This document shows, piece by piece, positions 51,003-60,714 of a stretch of 64,000 nt of DNA. Under the pieces are notes generated by a model. It saw nothing but the letters and a program-made list of their open reading frames with translations. It searched no databases and was not told the DNA's origin. The translations under genes and the position numbers were made by a program. The stretch is from Octopus sinensis (Eukaryota): assembly GCF_006345805.1 (NCBI RefSeq), contig NC_042997.1, forward strand, positions 91,326,001 to 91,390,000. The letters run 5' to 3'. The number at the start of each line of letters is the position of its first letter. Position 1 is the first letter of the stretch.

Positions 51003-52236
51003 TTAAACGGATGCATACATAACTATATATAAGTGTCGTCTGTTTATACATAAACACTGTTTCATACTTTCAGTTTAGTCTTCCTCAAATCACTGTCGCT
51101 ATTTACTCTCTTCCAAGAACATTTTCACTCACTCTTATCTCTTAGCTTGCCATACATTTTACTCATGTATCTATCAGCGTGATAGACAGAAACAAATATT
51201 ACATCGCCATCGCCATCGCCATCGCATTCTATTGTCTACCTGTCAACACACACAGTGAATGAGTTTCACTTTATTCGCTGCACACTGTGTGTGTGCGTTT
51301 GCGTGTGCTGTAAACCAGACTAAGAAAAGCATTTGACATACACACCAGAATGTGAGTTTTCTGTAAATTTTGCTTAATTGGAGTTTAAATTTTAAAAACT
51401 GGACCTGGCATGACCCGATGCATTCTACTCTTAAAAATGCTAGGTAAATTGTAATTGAAGAAATCCTATATTGTAGATTTCTATAAGTGACAAAGGGAGG
51501 CAGATAAAATCTGCCTTTTATAATAAGAGATTCTATAATTATATACATAATTATAACAAGGGGTCAGCTATGTGCCTCACCATGTACTAAATTAGAAATA
51601 GACACTAATGTATTTTTTACTACCATAAATCTTCAAGAAAATAACACACTTTTAATGTAGGCAAAAGTAAAAAGATGAGTTAAGATGAATTAACAAGGCC
51701 GTTGTTAATTGCAGATGCATTTCAAACCTAAAGTAAAACATAATTACCTATTGTTTTCTTCAGCGTAATATTCCTGATAAATTCACAAGTATTTTTTTAG
51801 ATATGCATCTGATCAAGTGACATCGTATAACTGATATCTATCAGCACTCATAAAAATATGCAACCGAGTACAATTTATACCCATGTGTGTGTTACGACCT
51901 ATACTGCAGAAAAAATGCAGGTTCGACCATGGAGTGAATTTTAATTTAAATAATATAACGTAAAATCAGTAATAATTTTACCAAGTAGTCAGTACGTAAA
52001 TAAAAACCTTTCAGGTAAATTTTACAAATTATTCTATAATTATATACATAATTATAACAAGGGGTCAGCTATGTGCCTTGTCAAATACTGAATTAGAAAT
52101 AGGTGCTAATGTCTTTTTTACTACCATAAAATCTCTGAGAAAATAACACACTTTTAATGAAGGCAAAAGAAAAAAGATGAACATTATTTACATTATTTAC
52201 ATTTGATGGATATTTGTCCTCATCTTGTTTGTTGTT

Positions 52237-52282
52237 AACACAATATTTCAGCTGATATACCCTCCAGCCTTCATCAGGTGTC
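52237..52282 (-). ncRNA. Minimal type I hammerhead ribozyme (intact core)
   Basis: GACAC-CUGAUGA-A-GGCUG-gaggguauau-CAGCU-GAAA-UAUU-GUGUU, with palindromic stem III AAUAUU. Confidence 0.75.
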
Positions 52283-52422
52283 TTGGGGAAATTTCGAACC
52301 TAAGTTCTCATTCCTAAGGCATTTTTCGATATTATTATTATTATTATTCAAGTCATTGCCTGGAATTGAACTTGGAATCTTGGGTTTGTAGCCCGTGCTC
52401 TTAACCACTACACTACAGCATA

Positions 52423-52488
52423 CGGCATAGTGGTTAAGAGCATGGGCTACTAACCCCAAGATTCCAAGTTCAATTCCAGGCAGTGACT

Positions 52489-52490
<2 letters not shown>
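52423..52490 (+). promoter_or_regulatory. tRNA-derived Pol III internal promoter (mirror copy at 52347-52411 on -)
   Basis: A-box CGGCATAGTGG (52423-52433), anticodon-like arm GGGCTACTAACCC, B-box AGTTCAATTCC (52467-52477). Confidence 0.7.
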
Positions 52491-52555
<65 letters not shown>

Positions 52556-52613
52556 TAATAACAGCATCGAAAAATACCTTAGGAATGAGAAGCCAGGTTC
52601 AAAATTTCACGAG

Positions 52614-52659
52614 GACACATGATGAAGGCTGGAGGGTATATCAGCCGAAACGTTGTGTT
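52614..52659 (+). ncRNA. Minimal type I hammerhead ribozyme (core C3 mutated to A)
   Basis: GACAC-AUGAUGA-A-GGCUG-gaggguauau-CAGCC-GAAA-CGUU-GUGUU, with palindromic stem III AACGUU. Confidence 0.7.
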
Positions 52660-53034
52660 AACAACAAACAAGATGAGGACGGATATCTGTTAAATGTATA
52701 TAATGTACATAACTCCTCATCTCTTAAATATAGAACTAAAAAAAGATGAGTTAAGATGAATTAACAAGGCCATGGTTAATTATGTATATAATTATAGAAT
52801 AATTTGTAAAATTTACCTAAATGGCTTTTATTTATGTACTGAGTACTTGGTAAAATTATTACTGATTTTACCCTATATTATTTAAATTTATGTATCTATG
52901 CATGTATGTATGTATGTATGTATGTATGTATGTATGTATGTATGTGTGTATGTATCTATGTGTATGTGTGTCTGTATGTATGTATCTATGTGTGTGTGTG
53001 TCTGTGTTTGACCCCCCCCCCCCCTCACTGCTTG

Positions 53035-53205
53035 GCAACTGGTGTTCGTGTGTTTACATTCCCATAACTTAGTGGTTTGACAAAAGAGACTGATAGAATA
53101 AGTAGTAGGTTTAAGAAATAAGTACCAGGTCGATTAAAACCCTTGAAAGGTGATGCTCTAGCATGGCTGCAGTCAAATGACTGAAACAAGTAAAAGAATA
53201 AAAGT
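53035..53205 (+). mobile_element. SINE 3' part (same family as 1-160)
   Basis: GCATGGCTGCAGTCAAATGACTGAAACAAGTAAAAGAATAAAAG tail. Confidence 0.8.
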
Positions 53206-53302
53206 ACAAAAGAATAGTTCTATCATTTCCTTTTTTAAGATGGTAGAATGTGAGCCAAGTGAGATTTAGCTGCTATTTTAGGTTTACTGATGATATATAT
53301 GT

Positions 53303-53544
53303 TCTTTCATTCTTTTACTTGTTTCAGTCATGTGACTGTGGCCATGTGGAACACTGCCTTTTAGTTGGAGAAATTGACCCCTGAACTTATTCTTTGTAAC
53401 CCTGGTGCTTATTCTATCGGTCTCTTCTGCTGAACTGCTAAATTACTGGGATGTAAACATACCAACATCGGTTGTCAAGCAATGGTGGTGGTGGGGAGAC
53501 AAACACAGACACAAACACACACACATAAATATATACATGCATAC

Positions 53545-53582
<38 letters not shown>

Positions 53583-54075
53583 CTTCTTTCAGTTTCTGTT
53601 TATCAAATCCACTTACAAGGCTTTGGTTGGCCTGAGGCTATATAGTAGAAGACACTTGCCTTCAGTGCCATGCAGTGGGATTGAACCCGGAACCATGTGA
53701 TTGGGAAGCAAGCTTTTTACCAAACAGGATGGGTTTCTTATAGTTTCCATCAACTAAGTCCATTCACAAGGCTTTGGTCAACACAAGGCTATATTAGAAG
53801 ACACTTGCCCAAGGTGCCATGCAGTGGGACTGAACCTGGAACCATGTGATTGGGAAGCAAGTTTCTTACCACACACACACACACACTAACATACATGCAC
53901 CCCCACACACACACATAATGGCATTCTTTTAATTTCTGTCTACCAAATCCACTCACAAGCCTTTGATCAGCCTGGGGCTATAGTAGAAAACACTTGCCCT
54001 AGGTGCAACACTGTGGGGTTGAAATCAGAACTATGTGGTTGGGAAGCAAACTTCTTATTACATAGCTACACCTGC
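53303..54075 (-). mobile_element. SINE with a triplicated 5' (tRNA-head) module
   Basis: One tail (53303-53500) and three tandem head modules at about 53582-53725, 53730-53872 and 53920-54075. Confidence 0.8.
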
Positions 54076-54460
54076 ACCTATATGTGTGACATGAGGGAAA
54101 TTTGGCTATTATTTCTTATATATGGGGTAAAACTAAAAGGCTCTTTCATTTGCTTATTGACTGAAAGTTATTGTTTCTCTCCATGTTGTATATGCCATGT
54201 GTTTAGACAGTATGTCTTCATCAAACTTCTATTTTAGGGTAAATAGAAATTAAAGTTTTGTTAAAAACTTCCATTTGTCAACTTCCATTCAAATACCATA
54301 AATAATAGTTCATGTAATTAAACAAAGTTATTTAAAGTAATTTATTTAATCACAATACATGACTTATACACAATGACATCATAATGTACATTTTATTTAA
54401 TATCTTAAAATACTGAAACAAAACAAAAACCTCCATTAAATCACACAGTCACACATATTC

Positions 54461-54521
<61 letters not shown>

Positions 54522-54523
<2 letters not shown>

Positions 54524-55866
54524 TCATCATCATCATCATTTAACGTCTGCTTTCCATGATGGCATGGGTTGTACAGTTTGACTGAGGACTAGCAAGCCAA
54601 GAGGCTACACCAGACTCCAATCTGATCTGGTAAGGTTTCTACAGCTGGATGCCCTTCCAAATGCTAACCACTCCTAGAGTGTAGTGGATGCTTTTTATGT
54701 ACCATTGGCATGGGGGCCAATCAGGTGGCACTGGCATTGACCACACTCAAATGGTGCTTTTTATGTGCCACTGGCATGGAACCAGTCAGGAAACACTGGC
54801 ATTGGCCATGCTCGTATGGTACTTTCTATGTGCTATCAGCACGGATGCCAGTCAAGTGGTACTGGCATTCAGCCACAACAATTTTGCTTGACTCAACAGG
54901 TCTTCTCAAGCACAGCATATTGGCCAATGATTAAAGGATACTCTTAAATGGGCTAGTTATGCGACACTGGCAGAAGCCACAGTTACAATCTCACTTGGCT
55001 TGCCAGGTCTTCTCGAGCACAGCATATCTCCAAAGATCTTGGTCGCTTGTCATTGCCTCTGTGAGGCCCAATGTTCAAAGGTTGTGCTTCCCCACTTCAT
55101 CCCAGGTCTTCTTGGGTCTACCTCTTCCACAGGTTCTCTCCACTGTTAGGGTGTGACACTTCTTCACACAGCTGTCCTCATCCATACATAACACATGACC
55201 ATACCAGTGCAGTAGTCTCTCTTGCACACCACACCTGATGCTTCTTATGGCCAATTTGTCTCTCAGGGCACTTACACTGTTGTGTATGCACACCAACATT
55301 ACACATCCAGCAGAGCATACTAGCTTCATCTGTTTCAAGCCTACACATGTCCTCAGCAGTCACAGCCCATATTTCACTGCTGTGTAGCATGGCTGTTTGC
55401 ACACATGCATTATACAGTATACCTTTCACTCTGAGCAACAGGTCCTTTGTTACCAGCAGAGGTAGGAGCTCTCTGAACTTTACCCAAGCTATTCTTATTC
55501 TAACAGCTATGCTACTGACTTGATCACCTAGGTAACTGAAGCAATCAGCTACTTCTAGTTTTTCAGTTTTTTCCCCTGGCATGTGATGGAATCTGTTTTC
55601 TGTACATCTTCGGTATTTATTGCTCCTGTGCATATGCCACACACAAAAACTATCTTCCCAGTTAGCCTTCCTTGATATTGCTGCACCTCTTATGTGTCCA
55701 TAGCTTACACTGAGTACATCTTATGAAGTTTCTACTTATGCCTTTTTACAGATCAAACACGGCCATCTACCTGAAGGGATTTGTGATTTGTCTGCCTTCC
55801 TGCCTACTAAAACTTTGGCTTTTGCTAGAATGACTCTAAGGCCCGTCAATTCTAAACTGTGCTTCC
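54522..55866 (-). mobile_element. RTE-clade LINE, 5'-truncated
   Basis: (CAT)n tail; ORFs 55075-55338 (RLLHWYGHV, GRGRPKKTW) and 55178-55642; PHD-like region at about 55625-55765. Confidence 0.92.
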
Positions 55867-56137
55867 ACTGTACTTAAAATATTGCAGCTGAGAATAACAT
55901 TTTTAAAATTAAAATTGTATTAGGTAAATTTGAGATAATCTATTTTATTTATTATGAGAATCTAAAAAACAAGTAAATCTTTAAAAACATGGTACAAAAA
56001 TAATCAAAAATTAATTGAAATAAAGGTTTTTTTTAAAAATCATGTCTTGTGAAATGTACAGTTAAAATAGTCATTTCATTTAGTTGTATTAAGTACAAAC
56101 AATAAAATATGAAGTTGTAAATAATATTGCACAATGA

Positions 56138-56868
56138 CAGAGTGAAAGCACCCTGAGAGAAAAGTTGGACATCAGAACCATCAGAAGTGGTGTGCAAGAG
56201 AGACAACTGTGCTAGTATGGTTATATGTTGTGTATGGATGAGGACAGTTGTGTGAAAAAGTAGAGGGAATCTGTGGAAGAGGTAGACCCAGGAAGACCTG
56301 GTTTGAGGTGGTAAAGCATGATCTTCGAATGCTGGGCCTCACGGAGGCAATGACAAATGACTGAGACCTTTGAAGATATGCTGTGCTTGAGAAGACCCTG
56401 CAAGCCAAGTGAGACCATAACCATAGCCTATGCCAGTGCAGTATAACCAGCCCATTTAAGAGCACCCTCAATCATTGGGCAATAAACTGTGCTTGCAAAG
56501 ACCTGTTGAGTCAAGTGAAGTCATTGTTTTGGCCGATGCCAGTACCGCCTGACTAGCATGTAAAAAGCACCATTCAAGCATGGTCATTGCCAGTGTCGCT
56601 TGACTGGCTCCCGTGCCAGTGACATGTAAAAAGCATCATGTGAGCGTGGTTGATGCCAGTACTGCTTGATTGGCCTTCATGCTGGTGGCACATAAAAAGT
56701 ACCCACTAAACTCTTGGAGTGATTAGTGTTAGGAAGGGCTCCAGCTGTAAAAGGTTTGCCAGATCAGATTCGAGCCTGGTGCAACCTTCTGGCTTGCCAG
56801 CCCTCAATGAAACCATCCAACCCATGCCAGTTTGGAAAGCGGATGTTAAATGACAATGATGATGATGA
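56138..56868 (+). mobile_element. RTE LINE 3' portion
   Basis: GGAAGAGGTAGACCCAGGAAGACCTGG (GRGRPRKTW), about 3 subrepeats, (GAT)n tail. Confidence 0.9.
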
Positions 56869-57186
56869 TTTTTTTTTTCACATAAACTGAAATCCCATTA
56901 CAAAAAAAAAACATTGATTGCAGTAGAATGGTCATTAAATGGTTTCAAATCAACTATATGCTTAATCAATTCTTCCTTATTAAAAAAAAAAAAAACTTAA
57001 TCTGACAAATAAATCCTAAGTAAAATTTATTAGTTAGCATTAACACAGTAGAATTAGCCTAATTCATCTTTGGTTAATTTGTTACTTCACCTAATTTGTC
57101 ACTTTCAATTTTCTCCTTGGGATGACTAATTAGGCAATTTCTACTGTATTTTTAAAAATTAATTGTATGTTATTTCATTTTTAAAA

Positions 57187-57339
57187 TACTGCTTTTTCCA
57201 AAAATAAGCCCATGGGCTTAAATACAACCTTTAATAATTTTTTTTCTGAAAATAGCAAAAATTACTGGGGCTATACATGAAAAGAGTTTCTGAATATAAG
57301 CTTAAAATCAGATAGGCTTATTTTTGGGAAAACCCAGTA
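57187..57339. mobile_element. Tc1/pogo-like MITE
   Basis: TIRs TACTGCTTTTTCCAAAAATAAGCC / GGCTTATTTTTGGGAAAACCCAGTA. Confidence 0.6.
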
Positions 57340-58345
57340 ATGTTTCTATAATTTTTGTTTTAATAAAATATAGTAAATTTTTAAAATGTATTCTTGGCTG
57401 CAATATTTTAAGTACAGTAGAATTTTAATTTTAAGTACTTTTTAGTTTCCTTTAGGTGATGAATTAAGCAAATACCACTATTTCTAATCTTTCATGAAAA
57501 AGATTTTTAGTCATAGGAAAATATTACTTGCTTCGAAGCAGGAGGTGAGGGTTAGGGACAGGATGGACATCAGGCTGTAGTAAATCTACTTCAACAAATT
57601 CTGTCTTTTCCCAGATTGGAAAAGTGAATTTTAAATGTTGCTCATAGTGAATTTCAGGATGATGATGGTGAATCCTCCTATTTCATGTCCTTCATTCACA
57701 TACAAGAACCAACTCACAACACTTATCAAAAGCATTAAAAAATACTCCCCAATACCACTAATTCACAGTTGCTCTTGTGTATATATATTCAAATACACAT
57801 GTAAACATCACACATACAGTAGCAAATATTTAAATACTTTAACATAGTCATACACAATGTTATAGCATGCACGAGGAAAAAATCTTTCATTTTAGTTTGA
57901 TGTTGACCACTCCTGCCTCATATGATGGTTTATAAAACAGGAACTGTATAATAATGGATAATTGGCCAACAAAAGAAAATTTTCCAAAGTAGTAATTGTT
58001 TTGTTTTTTTTAATTGTTTCTAACTTAAGTAGTCATTTCTGTTTTTCTAATTTGTTAGCATCTAATATCTTTGAAATTTATTGTAAATTGTGTTGAACAG
58101 CTAAATGCCTTTCCAGCTTTAATTTAATTTTCAGCACACAAAATAATGTATCTTATGTAAGGACATAATACTTGTATCAGTACATTCCCCGTATTATCAT
58201 TCAACATTTATATTTCTATATCAACTCTTTAATGTAGAAAAGCAAGGAATATAAATAATTGTGATTAGATATTCCATTTTTGTGTTTATTTCTGAGCATT
58301 GGAAACAATTAAAAATAAAGCTACTTTCTTAAAATGTTTATTAAT

Positions 58346-59582
58346 GTAAGAGATAAAAAGTTCATAGGCTGACCAAGATATTCTTATGGAATGTGACCAA
58401 ATGAGATTCATTTTTCAACATAGTTCCCCTTGCAGCGCACACACTTCTTCCATCAGTGTTGCAGTGCTTGGATCCCATTGGCGAAGAAGCTTTCGTCCTG
58501 TTGGTAAAAAAGTCAACAACAGTAGACATGATGTCATCATCACTGTGGTACTGGTTCCTAGCCAAGTGCTTTTTTTTTTATATATTGGGGAATAGATGAT
58601 AGTCAGATGGGGTCAAATCAGGGGAATAAGAATAGTGATCAACCACAGCAGACATTGACACCAAGGACTTGTGTATTGGAGCATTGTCCTGATGAAACAA
58701 AACAACTTTCATCAGCTTTCCTGGGCATTTGATCTTGAGAGCCTTTTGTAACTGCCTCAGCATGTTGGCATAGTACTCTCCATTGATGGTGTGGGCCTTT
58801 TAAAGATAGTCAATAAACACAATGCCTTTTGCATCCCAATAATGCTAAGGCCATCACTTTCCCTACAAATGAAACCTTGATCTTCCTTGGAGCAGATAAG
58901 GAGGGATGTTTCCACTGCATAGATTATCTCTTCATCTTTGGCTCAAAGTGATGAACCCAGCACTCATCTTGGGTTAGGAAATGTTCAAAGAAACCAGCTG
59001 GATCTGATTGAAACAATGTTAGATTTTGTCATCATGTGATCAGCCTGGTGCACTTTTGATCAGATGTCAGATGTGATACCCACCGAACAGAAATCTTTAT
59101 GTCAAGATCATTGAGTACAATATTCTCAACTCTCTCACAGGATATACTAATAGCATTGGCTATTTGATTTATAGCCAATTGCCTATCATTCATCGACATG
59201 TGGTGAACACAATGTTTTACTCGGTAGTGGCAGGATGTCCAGACATTGGGTTATCTTCAAAACTTTCCCTACCCCTCTGAAATTCAGCTGTCCACTTTTG
59301 CACAGTTGATAAAGCTGGTGCATTATCCCTTAATGCAGCAATCATGTCAGAATGAATGTCCATGGGGTGGGTGGGCCAAACCCTTTTTCTGCATGTACAT
59401 AATAACACCACAAGCCAAATTTTTTCGATTTTCAGAAGTTACTACTGAAGTCTTCTTTGAACAGTTAGATGTCAGTTTGCCAGTTATTAATAAGAAAAGT
59501 TGAAATTAATGCATGTAAGATTTCACAGCTATATCATCATTCCTTCATAATCACCCTATGAACTTTTCAGTCTACCCTTGTA
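58346..59582 (-). mobile_element. Near full-length decayed mariner element
   Basis: TIR cores AAAAGTTCATAGG / CCTATGAACTTTT. Peptides DNAPALSTVQKWTAEFQRGRESFEDNPMSGHP and LFHQDNAPIHKS...YSPDLTPSDYHLFPNI. Confidence 0.9.
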
Positions 59583-60119
59583 TAAACCCACAGGAGAACT
59601 CAAATGCAGTACTGTGACTTAAAAAACTTATCAAAGTTTTATGTTGCTGTACCATTTACAATAGTGAGCCATTCCACATGTCACATGTGGACTATGCTAC
59701 ATTATGGTGAGCAATTCTATACAATAAGGCTGGCTAATCTCTGCAGAAATGAAAAATAGGAATTGTTATGATCATGTCATTTCCCAAGTAAACTAGTGAT
59801 GTATATGAAGTGAAATAACTACAAGTGTGAACTAAAATCAGGTCACTGTTTTGGCTTGCTAAAAACTTACCTTCTACTCAAACTGTTTCAGAGTGGTTGA
59901 CATCAGGATTATTAATAAACATCTGTATTGCCATATGAATATAGGCTGATTGCTTCTGTGAATTTCAGTATATGTAGAAATTGGTGAAACAATAACTAAT
60001 ACAGTAACCAGAATATATCCAATATTAATCACACACTTGTGGAAGAGTAATATCTCCATTTTACAACAGGTCAACTGAAACAAATAGACTGATGTGCCTT
60101 GCCTAAGATGATATATTCA

Positions 60120-60588
60120 TATATATTTGAAAAAAAATGAATAGAAACGGCTTTTCTGATAATTTTTCCATTTTAATTATTAAATGTTTATAACTTTACA
60201 AGCGGTGACTCTGATAGGAGCTTCTTGCTTAAAAGCAGTTTATATCCCCATACATATATATATGTGTATGAATATATGTGAATAAATACCCGTGTTTGCA
60301 TTTCTCTGCATGTATGTATGTGTAAAGTCCTATGTTTTTGTGCGTGTGTGTATGTACATGTATGTCTCTCTATATGTGTTTATGTATGGGTAAATGTATA
60401 TGTGTGTGTGTTTGTATGTTTGTAATTAAATACTCCCTATTTAAACAGTGAATAACAAACTCTAAAATATCAGTTTGAAAACTGCTTTTAATGAGAAACT
60501 CTTATCAGAGTCACCTCTTGTAAACTTATAAACATCTAATTATTTAAGTGGAAAAATTATCAGAAAAGCCATTTGTATTCCTTTTTAT

Positions 60589-60598
<10 letters not shown>
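60120..60598. repeat. Inverted repeat pair (60120-60241 / 60478-60598), probably Penelope-like tails
   Basis: GGCTTTTCTGATAATTTTTCCA...GGTGACTCTGATA..AAAAGCAGTT and its reverse complement. The right arm has GAAACTCT-TATC-AGAGTC, resembling the 3' half of a hammerhead. Confidence 0.7.
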
Positions 60599-60625
<27 letters not shown>

Positions 60626-60714
60626 ATAGATAGATAAATACACGCATGTAAATACAAGTGTGTGTGTGTTTATTATCATTCTTTTTATGTCAGCTGTTCT
60701 ATACTTGCAAGAAG

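Larger units (their letters stand above)
52181..52738. mobile_element. Palindromic retroposon: two divergent [tRNA-like head - (AAT)n - hammerhead ribozyme] arms, with TSD
   Basis: Arms at about 52191-52410 and 52428-52706 around a 17-nt spacer. TSD AAAAAAGATGA (52170-52180 / 52739-52749). The empty site is preserved in the paralogous copy at 51669-51690. Confidence 0.8.
51531..52780 (+). repeat. Direct duplication (51531-51710 vs 52032-52180 + 52739-52780), second copy interrupted by an insertion
   Basis: TTCTATAATTATATACATAATTATAACAAGGGGTCAGCTATGTGCCT...AAAAAGATGAGTTAAGATGAATTAACAAGGCC is present in both copies. Confidence 0.85.
51943..52888. repeat. Outer inverted repeat pair (51943-52052 / 52778-52888)
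   Basis: AAAATCAGTAATAATTTTACCAAGTA..CAGTAC.TAAATAAAAA..GGTAAATTTTACAAATTATTCTATAATTATATACATAATTA and its reverse complement. Confidence 0.85.
55867..57418. mobile_element. Non-autonomous TIR element hosting an RTE tail and a MITE
   Basis: ~44-bp TIRs ACTGTACTTAAAATATTGCAGCTGAGAATAACATTTTTAAAATT (55867-55910) / AATTTTTAAAATGTATTCTTGGCTGCAATATTTTAAGTACAGT (57376-57418). Confidence 0.65.

Noticed and set aside
52423-52490. Functional tRNA gene
   Set aside because: No acceptor stem and a degenerate T arm; it is a SINE-type head.
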